A stretch of 64,000 bases of DNA from Nitrosopumilus sp. GTDB lineage: Archaea; Thermoproteota; Nitrososphaeria; Nitrososphaerales; Nitrosopumilaceae. A program made the position numbers and the translations under genes. This document shows, piece after piece, positions 19,518 to 28,069 of the stretch. The stretch spans positions 320,001 through 384,000 of the forward strand of contig CBDBLO010000002.1 of assembly GCA_965207075.1 (NCBI GenBank). Reading direction: 5' to 3'. The number at the start of each line of letters is the position of its first letter. The stretch's first letter is position 1. The notes under the pieces are model-generated. The model ran no database searches. It saw nothing but the letters and a program-made list of their open reading frames with translations, and was not told where the DNA came from.

Positions 19518-20012
19518 TCAGTCGGACTTTCCGTCCCCTTCGTCCTCATTCTTGGACAGGCAGCACTCGCCCGGCGGTATGACGTAGTCATGCGGGCACA
19601 GCCTGGGGTGGTTTAGCATGGTGCACAGCGCGTCGGTAAACTGCTTGTTCATGTGGTGCTCTATCCCGCACACCATCTCCTCGTTTATCTCGACCTTGAG
19701 GGCGTTCTGCATCAGGACCTCGAGCAGCCTGCTGTTTCTCATCATGCTCGCCCCTATCCTCTCGCCCTCGTCTGTCAGCCTCACCCCGGCCTTGTTGTAG
19801 TTCACCAGTTTTTTGGCGTTGAGCTTTTTGAGCATCTGCACCACGCTGGGCTGCTTTACGTGCAGCATGTCTGCAATTGACGTGATCTTCACCTCCCCAC
19901 CGCGCTCCTTTATGTGCCAGATCGCCTTGAGGTACATCTCGACGTGCTCGGCCTCGGCTGTCCCCACGAAGAGGCGCTCCTCCTTGCCGTTCCCGTTGCC
20001 CCCGTCCTGCAT
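19518..20012 (-). CDS. DtxR/MntR family metal-dependent transcriptional regulator
   Basis: EMYLKAIW, HTH with PSVVQMLKKL, RLLE, CGIEHH, CPH..IP. Confidence 0.92.
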   Translation of the reverse strand: MQDGGNGNGKEERLFVGTAEAEHVEMYLKAIWHIKERGGEVKITSIADMLHVKQPSVVQMLKKLNAKKLVNYNKAGVRLTDEGERIGASMMRNSRLLEVLMQNALKVEINEEMVCGIEHHMNKQFTDALCTMLNHPRLCPHDYVIPPGECCLSKNEDEGDGKSD

Positions 20013-20116
20013 GGGACAGATGTATCCGCATCTTTTAATAAATATTCTAGGCTGGTGCAGACTCCTAGAACCATCGCCGCGCCGCGGTCCGTGCGGCTCC
20101 CCCCTCCGTCTGCAGC

Positions 20117-21154
20117 TCACTCCCCGTGCAGGATGAGCTTTGACATTGTGGTTTCTGCCGGTATTCCCTGCTCCACCGCGTACGCGATTGCCGCCATGTT
20201 GCGCACCTCGTAGGACGTGAGCTTTGTTATTCCTATTACGGTTGCAAAACTGAACATCCTGGTGAACGCCCTTGCAGACGCGGCGTATATGGCCATCTCA
20301 AAGGCCCTCTCGAACTGGGCCACCGCGTCAAGGTCGTTGTCCGAGTCGGGCACCAGCACCTTGTATCTCGTCGCGGACAGCTCCGCAAACGCGTCGGATA
20401 CGGTCCCGGCCGAGATCATCCTGCCCAGCAGCTCCCTTGAGATCAGCGGCGTGTTTGACACTATCAGATCCTCTATCTGCGCGTCGTCAAGTCCCCAGAG
20501 CTTGCCCCTCGCCACGCTGAGCAGGTTGTAAAAGTCCACGTCCATTCCGATGAGCCTGGTCGCGTCAAGCTCCCTGGTGCCCTGAATGGCGCTGCCCAGC
20601 TGCCTGTACAGGATCTTGTCAAAGTACGTGTCAAACATCTGGATGTTCTTCTTGTCGTTGTACGCGGCCGCCGCCTTTGCTATGTCCTCGCCGAACTGCG
20701 CCGACCCGAGGCTCGCGACTGCCTCCTCCAGGTCCTTTGCAACGAGCGCCTTTACCACCACGTCGCGCTGCTTTATCAGCTCCTCCGCGCGCAGGTTGAG
20801 GTGCCTCTCCAGCTCCTCCTGGCTCTTTCCGAGCACCTTGCCCTTTAGTATGATCTTCAGGTTGGTTATGATGAACTTCATATAGTATGCGTCAAGCAGG
20901 CGCGAGTTTCCCCCTGCCGTACGCGCGATGGAGTGGTGTACCTCGGCCAGGTGGCCCCTCAGGGCCGACTCGATCCCCTGCGAGGTGTACGGCTTCTGCA
21001 CCTCTGATACGGCGTCCGCGTACGTGGTGTTCTTTATCCTGGTCATCAGCTCGTCCAAGTCCCTTGACTCTGCCAGCGTCTGAAAATCAGAACGCGCCAA
21101 GAGCTTTCCCTTTTTGCTGTACGCCTTTACCGACGCGTATACGCTCTTGCCCAT
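20117..21154 (-). CDS. atpC: A/V-type ATP synthase subunit C
   Basis: YASVKAYSKKGKLL, NLKIILKGK, DVDFYNL, YEVRNM pattern of the vATP-synt_AC39 family. Confidence 0.9.
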   Translation of the reverse strand: MGKSVYASVKAYSKKGKLLARSDFQTLAESRDLDELMTRIKNTTYADAVSEVQKPYTSQGIESALRGHLAEVHHSIARTAGGNSRLLDAYYMKFIITNLKIILKGKVLGKSQEELERHLNLRAEELIKQRDVVVKALVAKDLEEAVASLGSAQFGEDIAKAAAAYNDKKNIQMFDTYFDKILYRQLGSAIQGTRELDATRLIGMDVDFYNLLSVARGKLWGLDDAQIEDLIVSNTPLISRELLGRMISAGTVSDAFAELSATRYKVLVPDSDNDLDAVAQFERAFEMAIYAASARAFTRMFSFATVIGITKLTSYEVRNMAAIAYAVEQGIPAETTMSKLILHGE

Positions 21155-21222
21155 TTAGCGTGCGGCGACTCTGCAATGGATTTTAATGTTTGTAAGCGGT
21201 CGCCTTTCGCGGGCCGTCTTTT

Positions 21223-22002
21223 TCACCGGTCGCCGCCGCCCGTCCCGCCCGCTGCGCGTTCCGCGCCGTCCTTCTCCGCGCGTGGTGCCGCGTCGCCGCC
21301 CGTCCCGCCGGATGCTGCGCCTGCGCCTGTCCCTGCCCCTGCCCCCATCATCTCATCAAGCAGCCCTATTGTACCGTCGCGGTCGCCCTTTGAGAATCTA
21401 GCAAAGGCCGCCAGGAGCTCCCTATGCATTGCCAGCGAGTCGTCTTCTATGCGCCGCAGCTTGGATAGCTCAAACGGCAGCAGGCTGTCTATCCTCTTTT
21501 CGCAGAACGCGCCAACGTACAGCCGCACCACGTATGACGCGAACAGCGGGCTTGCCTCCGAGAGCCTCTTTAGCATTGTTGTGTTCCCGTCCTCGTCGGG
21601 ACCGGCTGCAAAGAACGTCTTTAGCATCCTTCTCTTCTGCTCCGCGTCGCGTACCAGCGACGCGGCGACCAGTACGCCCTCCCTGGTCAGCCTGTAGTAC
21701 GGCACCCCCATCTCCTGCAGCGCCTTTGGCCCCCGCTTGAGCGGCATCCTGCCCTCCTCCTCCACTACATGCATGGGCAGGAGCACCTCGTCCAGATCCC
21801 GGAATATTCCCGAGTAGACGTTCTTCCACACGCTGTTCTCCACCTCTGCCACCTGCCGCGCTATGCCCGTCCTCGTGCGGCCCGTGGGGTTGGTCTGCAC
21901 CGCTAGTATTGCTATGATGGCCCTCTGCCTCCTTGCCTCTCCCGTCAGGCGCCTGCTGCCTGTCTTGAACCTGCTGAATATGGACAGCCTGGCGTCCTTC
22001 AT
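21223..22002 (-). CDS. Conserved hypothetical protein, probable winged-helix DNA-binding N-terminus, divergent from amt
   Basis: 'RTRTGIARQVA...YSGIFRDL...YYRLTREG' resembles a wHTH with a YxLTxxG wing. Confidence 0.65.
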   Translation of the reverse strand: MKDARLSIFSRFKTGSRRLTGEARRQRAIIAILAVQTNPTGRTRTGIARQVAEVENSVWKNVYSGIFRDLDEVLLPMHVVEEEGRMPLKRGPKALQEMGVPYYRLTREGVLVAASLVRDAEQKRRMLKTFFAAGPDEDGNTTMLKRLSEASPLFASYVVRLYVGAFCEKRIDSLLPFELSKLRRIEDDSLAMHRELLAAFARFSKGDRDGTIGLLDEMMGAGAGTGAGAASGGTGGDAAPRAEKDGAERAAGGTGGGDR

Positions 22003-22027
22003 TGCACCACCTTGACACATTTTTCCA

Positions 22028-22106
22028 TTGTTATGATACTATCTTGTTATACTCGGATATAATAACTTACTTTTTGGGTGATATTATAATATTCAACTCT
22101 TAAATA
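22028..22106. promoter_or_regulatory. Divergent AT-rich amt promoter with palindrome and TATA box
   Basis: Perfect palindrome ATATTATAATAT (22081-22092), TTGTTAT direct repeats (22028, 22044), TTAAATA (22100-22106) about 25 nt before the amt ATG. Confidence 0.55.
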
Positions 22107-22128
22107 ATTTCAATCTGTGGCAGATTTA

Positions 22129-23691
22129 ATGAATTCTAAGAACCACAAGTATGCTCTATTACTTGTGGCCGCAGTAGCCATTACGGCAACAGGCGCAATG
22201 TCACAAGCATATGCGCAGAGTGTCAACGATGGTATGGACGGATACGTGATGGGAACCAGTGGCATCTATACTGGAAACCCTAACGAATGTTGGTATGACG
22301 ACGGCGAAGGAGGCATGCTGCCATGCATGGTAGACACAGGTGACATGGCATGGATGCTGACTGCAACCTCGATGGTACTCTTCATGTCCCCCGGCGTAGC
22401 GTTCTTTTATGGCGGTCTCGCCAGATCAAAGAACATCGTCAACGTACTGGGCATGACCCTCATGGTGATGGGTCTGATGTCCGTACAGTGGGTCCTATGG
22501 GGATACTCGCTGGCATTCGGCGGAATTGATTCGGACGCAAACCTGTTCATGGGCAACCTCGACTATGCAGGATTCAACATGGTCTCGGCCTGGGCGCCGT
22601 TAGGCGAGCTTGGGCCCTGTCATGACACATGGTCGGCTGCCTACCAGATGAACGAGTTCAAGGAAGGTGAGTATTGCAGCCTGAGTTGGCCTGGCACAGT
22701 GCCACACCAGCTCTTTGCAATGTTCCAGGCGACCTTTGCAGTCATCACCCCGGTTCTGATTATCGGTGGTCTGATTGACAGAATCAAGTTCAGCGCGCTG
22801 GTCATATTCGTGCTTCTCTGGGGTACCTTTGTCTACGACCCGATCGCACACTGGGTCTGGGGCGGAGGATACATCGGCGGAGGCTCGCTAGACCTCGATC
22901 CGGACCTGTCTCCATCGTACGCTCTAGACTTTGCCGGCGGTACAGTAGTGCACATCTCTTCAGGATTCGCTGCATTGGCAGGAGCCATCGTCCTTGGCAG
23001 ACGCCTCGGATATGGCAAGGTTCCGATGGAGCCACACAACATCCCGCTCATAGTATTGGGCGCCGGAATTCTGTGGTTCGGTTGGTTCGGCTTTAACGCA
23101 GGAAGCGAAGTGATGGTAGACGGCATTACGGTGAGTGCATGGACGGTAACCAATACCGCAACAGGCATGGCCGCCGTCACTTGGATGCTCATGTCATGGG
23201 CGCATACAGGAAAGCCAAGTGTCATCGGCGGGGCAACCGGCGTTGTGGCGGGACTGGTAGCTATCACGCCAGCCTCTGGTTGGGTAGGTCCAATGGCCGC
23301 GATCATCATCGGCATTGCTGCAGGCACCATATGCTACGCAAGCATAGCGTTCAAGAACGCGCGCAAGTGGGACGACGCACTCGATGTATGGGGAGTACAC
23401 GGGATGGGCGGTCTTACGGGCGCCATCTTGACCGGAACACTGGCAAGTCCGCACGTGTGGGATACCGGCGACGGTATCGGAGCATGGACCGGCACGGCCG
23501 AGGGCATGGAGCAGCAGGGAATCAGCATCATTGCCGCTGCGATGTCCATCGCGTATGCGTTTGGCGTGACGATAGTCATCCTGAAGATCATGGATGCTGT
23601 CTGGCCAGGCGGAATCAGGGTCACTCCGAAAGAGGAGGAGATCGGCCTTGATCTTGCGCAGCACGGTGAAAGAGCATACACAAGCGAGTAG
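22129..23691 (+). CDS. amt: Ammonium transporter
   Basis: DTGDMAW, FYGGL, FQATFA, DFAGGTVVH, WFGWFGFNAGS, DDALDVWGVHG. Signal peptide plus Cys-containing N-terminal extension typical of thaumarchaeal Amt. Confidence 0.97.
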   Translation: MNSKNHKYALLLVAAVAITATGAMSQAYAQSVNDGMDGYVMGTSGIYTGNPNECWYDDGEGGMLPCMVDTGDMAWMLTATSMVLFMSPGVAFFYGGLARSKNIVNVLGMTLMVMGLMSVQWVLWGYSLAFGGIDSDANLFMGNLDYAGFNMVSAWAPLGELGPCHDTWSAAYQMNEFKEGEYCSLSWPGTVPHQLFAMFQATFAVITPVLIIGGLIDRIKFSALVIFVLLWGTFVYDPIAHWVWGGGYIGGGSLDLDPDLSPSYALDFAGGTVVHISSGFAALAGAIVLGRRLGYGKVPMEPHNIPLIVLGAGILWFGWFGFNAGSEVMVDGITVSAWTVTNTATGMAAVTWMLMSWAHTGKPSVIGGATGVVAGLVAITPASGWVGPMAAIIIGIAAGTICYASIAFKNARKWDDALDVWGVHGMGGLTGAILTGTLASPHVWDTGDGIGAWTGTAEGMEQQGISIIAAAMSIAYAFGVTIVILKIMDAVWPGGIRVTPKEEEIGLDLAQHGERAYTSE

Positions 23692-23694
23692 AAT

Positions 23695-23726
23695 TCCTCT
23701 CTCCTCTTTTTATTATTCCTTTTTTA
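23695..23726 (+). terminator. Pyrimidine/T-rich archaeal terminator after amt
   Basis: TCCTCTCTCCTCTTTTTTATTATTCCTTTTTTT immediately after the stop codon. Confidence 0.55.
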
Positions 23727-24021
23727 GCCTGATGGGTGCGCACGGGCATCTGGCCATTGCCTGTTGCGTGCCCGGCGCGTTGCGGCAGTTGGCCCTTGCG
23801 CGCCGCGCGCGGCTCTGAGTATGGTGATGCTGGCCGAACCCCCCACCAAATATCCGGGCGTGCCATGGTTGGAGTGAGTCCCGTGAAAGACGCAGCGGTG
23901 AACAGTACGCGGTGTTGGCTAGTTGGGAATTCCCAAGACCGCAGCAAAATCAATTAATACGCTGCGGCAGTGGCCGCATGTGTGTGGTGCTAGTGGTGAC
24001 GGTGGCGGTGATGGAATCGGC

Positions 24022-24807
24022 ATGCTGATTACCACCGGCCGCTTGGGCGATCTTCTTGCAGGCCCAAACGATGGCTTGGTCGTGATAGACGCGCGCCCCT
24101 TCTCGGAGTATGCCAAGGGGCACATACCCGGGGCGGTGAACCTTGACCTGTTTGCCTTCCACTGGAACGACACCTCCGCGCGCGGCATGGCCGAGTTCGA
24201 CAGGCAGGCTGCTAGGCTGCTCGGGTTTGCAGGTGTGGCGCGCGGCAGGACCGTCGTCGTATACGACGGGCAGTCCGGCATGCTCGCCGCGCGCGGCGTC
24301 TGGATGCTCCGGTACATGTCGCACGGAGACTCGTACATGCTTGATGGGGGGTTCGCCGCGTGGCGGAGCGAGTCGAGGCCCGTCGAGACGCAAACCAACG
24401 CGCCGAAGCCGGCGGAGTTCGAGCCGCGGCCCGATCCCTCCGTACTGGCCGGATACGAATACGTTGCAAGTAATCTGGACCGGCTCGTCCTGGTGGACGC
24501 CCGCTCTCCGGAGGAGTATGACGGGACCGTATCCAGAGCGGCGAGGGCGGGGCACATACCGGGCGCGACAAACATTGACTGGAGCAGGAACTTGGCCGGC
24601 GACGGGCGGCTCAAGGACAAGGGACGGCTGGCAGAGATGTACGGGGGTATTCCGCGCGACTCTGAGGTTGTGACATACTGCCAGGGCGCCTACCGCGCTG
24701 CAAACTCGTTTGTCGCGCTCAAAACGGCGGGATTTGAGAACGTCAGGGTCTACCTGGGCTCGTGGGGCGAATGGGGCAACGTGCCTAGTTTACCCTCTGA
24801 GGTATAG
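24022..24807 (+). CDS. Tandem-domain rhodanese / sulfurtransferase
   Basis: IDARP..Y.KGHIPGAV, LDGG..AW, GHIPGA, active site YCQGAYRA, YLGSWGEW. Confidence 0.93.
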   Translation: MLITTGRLGDLLAGPNDGLVVIDARPFSEYAKGHIPGAVNLDLFAFHWNDTSARGMAEFDRQAARLLGFAGVARGRTVVVYDGQSGMLAARGVWMLRYMSHGDSYMLDGGFAAWRSESRPVETQTNAPKPAEFEPRPDPSVLAGYEYVASNLDRLVLVDARSPEEYDGTVSRAARAGHIPGATNIDWSRNLAGDGRLKDKGRLAEMYGGIPRDSEVVTYCQGAYRAANSFVALKTAGFENVRVYLGSWGEWGNVPSLPSEV

Positions 24808-24828
24808 TAGCGGCCTAGTCTGTTGTTC

Positions 24829-26712
24829 TTATGTGGTGCCGCCGTTCATGGCCTGCCAATCATCGCGAATCTTGTAATAGTACGAATACGTGACAGCGAA
24901 CTCGCCCGTATCTCCCGACTGTATTCCTCCCTTTTCTCTCAGGTAAGACTTTTCGGCATCGTCGAGAATTTTGAAGAGCCGTACCGCCTTTCGATTTTGG
25001 GGAATGTCCGCGTCGTTCTCGATTCTCTCGATTTTTTCAAGTATCGAGGCGTATGCGGGATCGTTTATCTCGTTGCGAATCTGTCTTGTTATGCTGTCCA
25101 GTATGTCGTCCTGGATCTGGATCTGCGTGCTCTGGTGCGGCCGCGTAACGTTGGGATCCTCAAAATTCACGACGTTGACTGGTATTACGAACGGCTGGTG
25201 TGACGTCCACATATAGCTCTTGCCGCGTATGGGTTCGCTTAGTATCTGCGTGACTATGTCGTTGGAGTAGTGCGCGTTGACCTCTGACAGTGAGTCTAGG
25301 TCCTTTCTGCTCAGAAGGTGGAACACGAAAAAGTTGTCGCCCTGGCTTATTATCTCCGACGGTATGCTTCCTGGTTGCTGCGTTATGAATATGCCGCCGA
25401 GTCCGTATTTTCTGCCCTCCTTGGCCAGGTCCACGAACGCGGATGGCGCGGGCGAGTATCTAGAGTCTGACAGGACGGTATGCGCCTCTTCAAGCACAAA
25501 CGTTGCGTTGATCAGGTTCCTTCCCGCGGTTTTGATGAAGTTGTCCTTGTTCTCGTCAAAGATGTCCTTTATGATTATGGAGCTGATCAGCCGCGCAGTG
25601 TGGCTGTCCGTGCGTGAGATGTCGAATATCACAACTTTGCCCTGCCGCAGCGCCTCCTTGACTATCCTGATCGTGTTCGAGCTGGGATCGTGGATCTTTG
25701 ATATGTGGGGGACTAGGTTGTTCAGTATCGGCTTTACGTCTATCTCACCTGACATGCTGGACTCGTTGTTTGAACCCTCCAGTCCTAGGACGATCTTTGA
25801 GACCTCGTTGTAGTCTGCGTCCCAGCGTTTTTCGTGCAGTAGCATCACAAGTTCTCTCCATGAATTCCTGCTCATTGCCATCAGTTTTGCAAAGAATATG
25901 GTTTCGTGCTTGCTTGGGCTTACCATGAACGGCACGGCCAGTCCGGGCGGCAGCTCCGCCAAGTTGATGTCGATCTTGCGGTAGACGTTTTTGATTTCAG
26001 GTGGCACCTTCTGGTTTGTGACAAGCAGGGCCGGCCGCTTGTCCATTATGCCGGGCCTACCCCTCCTGTCCGTTATGGCGTACTCGCCCTCCTGATCAAA
26101 TATCAGCAGTCCACCGTTCTGCGGTTTCCACTCCCCGCATATCACCTTCATGAGGTTGCTCTTTCCATATCCGGCGCGCGCAAAGATGAACGTCCTCTTG
26201 GAGTTGAGCTCCTTCTGGTCGAACATTATGCCAATCTCGGGATCCGGGCTATAGTCCCCGACATGAACGCCGCCCGACTGCTCCTGCATGGCGCTTCCTA
26301 TGATCCTTCTGACCGCTTCCTTGCCCGGAAGATACACCTTGCTTGTAATCTGAGGTATGCGCCTCATTCCGGGGGAGAACCCGTCATCCGACAGGGAACC
26401 GAGCACCTTTATCCTGACCTTGTAGCTGATCTTGCTCTTCTTTATGTCGTGGCCGATATTGTCAATCATCTCTTCTGCCGCTATGTCGTTGAGCCACTTC
26501 TCGCCCATTATCGACGTGAACTCGCCGCGCGGTGAATAGTCGGTCACCCGAGCCACGATATTGTCTCGGCCGTTGTGTATGAGCAACAGGCTTCCGATCT
26601 CTATCATAAAGTCTGCCCTGTACGGGGCGATAAGCCACGCTACGTACTCGTATGATGATTTTTCAAGGCCCATAAAGACGCCCACCACAGCGTCGCCGGT
26701 ATCAGTCGACAT
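24829..26712 (-). CDS. HerA/FtsK-family ATPase (DUF87)
   Basis: N-terminal HAS-barrel-like region, Walker A ARAGYGKS, FDQEGEY, Walker B FVLEEAH, KEGRKYG (Arg finger), ITQQP. Confidence 0.9.
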   Translation of the reverse strand: MSTDTGDAVVGVFMGLEKSSYEYVAWLIAPYRADFMIEIGSLLLIHNGRDNIVARVTDYSPRGEFTSIMGEKWLNDIAAEEMIDNIGHDIKKSKISYKVRIKVLGSLSDDGFSPGMRRIPQITSKVYLPGKEAVRRIIGSAMQEQSGGVHVGDYSPDPEIGIMFDQKELNSKRTFIFARAGYGKSNLMKVICGEWKPQNGGLLIFDQEGEYAITDRRGRPGIMDKRPALLVTNQKVPPEIKNVYRKIDINLAELPPGLAVPFMVSPSKHETIFFAKLMAMSRNSWRELVMLLHEKRWDADYNEVSKIVLGLEGSNNESSMSGEIDVKPILNNLVPHISKIHDPSSNTIRIVKEALRQGKVVIFDISRTDSHTARLISSIIIKDIFDENKDNFIKTAGRNLINATFVLEEAHTVLSDSRYSPAPSAFVDLAKEGRKYGLGGIFITQQPGSIPSEIISQGDNFFVFHLLSRKDLDSLSEVNAHYSNDIVTQILSEPIRGKSYMWTSHQPFVIPVNVVNFEDPNVTRPHQSTQIQIQDDILDSITRQIRNEINDPAYASILEKIERIENDADIPQNRKAVRLFKILDDAEKSYLREKGGIQSGDTGEFAVTYSYYYKIRDDWQAMNGGTT

Positions 26713-26713
26713 C

Positions 26714-27850
26714 TCACGCCCTGCCCCCGAGAGTGCCCTTGTCCACCGTCGCATCAAGCATTGATGAGTCCCGGATATAATCGGACAGCCTAGGATCCAT
26801 CTTATTGACAAGCTCCTTTATGATTCTGTCACGCAGTATAGAGGCAGGCAAGCCCATGCCTGCAGCGTACTCGTGCGCCCGCATTAGCGTCTGCGGGTAT
26901 CCGAGCACGGGATACGAATGCGCCGAGTCCCTGGCCAGATACCCCATCATCTCCGTTATTTCCTCGTCTGAGTAGATTGCGGCGTTGTCTGCCGAGCTGT
27001 CGGGCATTTCCACCGTTACTAGCAGGTCCTTGTGCCTTGAGAGCTTTGCGACGTACAGTGAACCAAACGCGTACTCGAGCGGGACAGCGCTGCCGGGGCC
27101 CAGCCTTTTGCCGCCTCCCCACTTGTATGCCATGTTCTCCAGATCCAGCGGGATCTTCACATATCCGATCTGGCCTTTTGGGAAGACGCGCTCACATACG
27201 AGCGCCGCCTTTAGCAGAAAGATTATTCTCGATTTTTTTGCAACACCGGCCACCCTTACGTGACCTTTCTTCCGGACAAGCGTCTGCCTTAACCTTGTGA
27301 TAAGCTCTGACTTTATCTTCTTTGTACGGAGAAGTCCGTCCCTCAGTATCATCGTCTTGCCGTCGTCCGGCGCAGCCGTGACCGCGCTGAACATACACGC
27401 AAACTCAGCAATCTCCATGAGCGTTTCCCTGGCAGTCGGCATCTCCGTCACATCCCGTAGGCTGTCCTTGCCCACGATAGAGAGAAAGTCTTGTATGATT
27501 GGATCTGTGTCTATGACCTCGAATATTGCGCGCAGTTCGGCGGCGTCATAGTCTCCTATGGGCGCCGCAAAGTTCATCTTTGTGTTTCCGTTCGAGTCTG
27601 CAACCCTTATGATCTCAAACTCGAACGGATCAAAGTCCAAGTTGAGTAGTCCTCCGTCAAACGACTTGAATGATGTGGAGACGTAAGACCCCGCGGAGTC
27701 TATGGGCACGAACCTGAGTTCTCTCACCCTGCTCCTCAGGTCGTTGAGCTTTTGCAGCTGACTGTCACGAAGCCTCTCAAGGTTTGTGACATGTCTGGGG
27801 TCAAAGTCTAGGTTGAGCCTACCTGCCCCTCTCATGGCATCCACCTGCAC
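26714..27850 (-). CDS. NurA-family nuclease
   Basis: SFDGG, ILRDGLL, GVAKKS and GYPQTLMRAHEYA match NurA motifs (DG, DG, GxxK, GYP..L..AH). Stop codon is 1 nt from the HerA start. Confidence 0.82.
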   Translation of the reverse strand: MQVDAMRGAGRLNLDFDPRHVTNLERLRDSQLQKLNDLRSRVRELRFVPIDSAGSYVSTSFKSFDGGLLNLDFDPFEFEIIRVADSNGNTKMNFAAPIGDYDAAELRAIFEVIDTDPIIQDFLSIVGKDSLRDVTEMPTARETLMEIAEFACMFSAVTAAPDDGKTMILRDGLLRTKKIKSELITRLRQTLVRKKGHVRVAGVAKKSRIIFLLKAALVCERVFPKGQIGYVKIPLDLENMAYKWGGGKRLGPGSAVPLEYAFGSLYVAKLSRHKDLLVTVEMPDSSADNAAIYSDEEITEMMGYLARDSAHSYPVLGYPQTLMRAHEYAAGMGLPASILRDRIIKELVNKMDPRLSDYIRDSSMLDATVDKGTLGGRA

Positions 27851-28069
27851 GGCATGATCACGCCTTTTCTGTCGTGATATTTAGGATGCACGGTGGAACT
27901 GGCCGGTTATCAAAGCGGCGCATGTGCGTATGGTAATCATTGGCCCGCTCTGCCCATTTGGATCTTAGACTCAGGATTGCATATATGGATGATCGCGGTG
28001 ATTTTTTTGCACGTGACGCCGCGTGCCATTGCTATAATGCAACAAGCCGTCTGCCTCTTGGCTCTGGAG

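Noticed and set aside
22129-23691. amt as a horizontally acquired gene because of lower GC
   Set aside because: The protein is typically thaumarchaeal. The same codon shift appears in atpK and the cupredoxin, consistent with high expression.
23727-24021. Possible structured RNA between amt and the sulfurtransferase
   Set aside because: No convincing stems or known motif seen.
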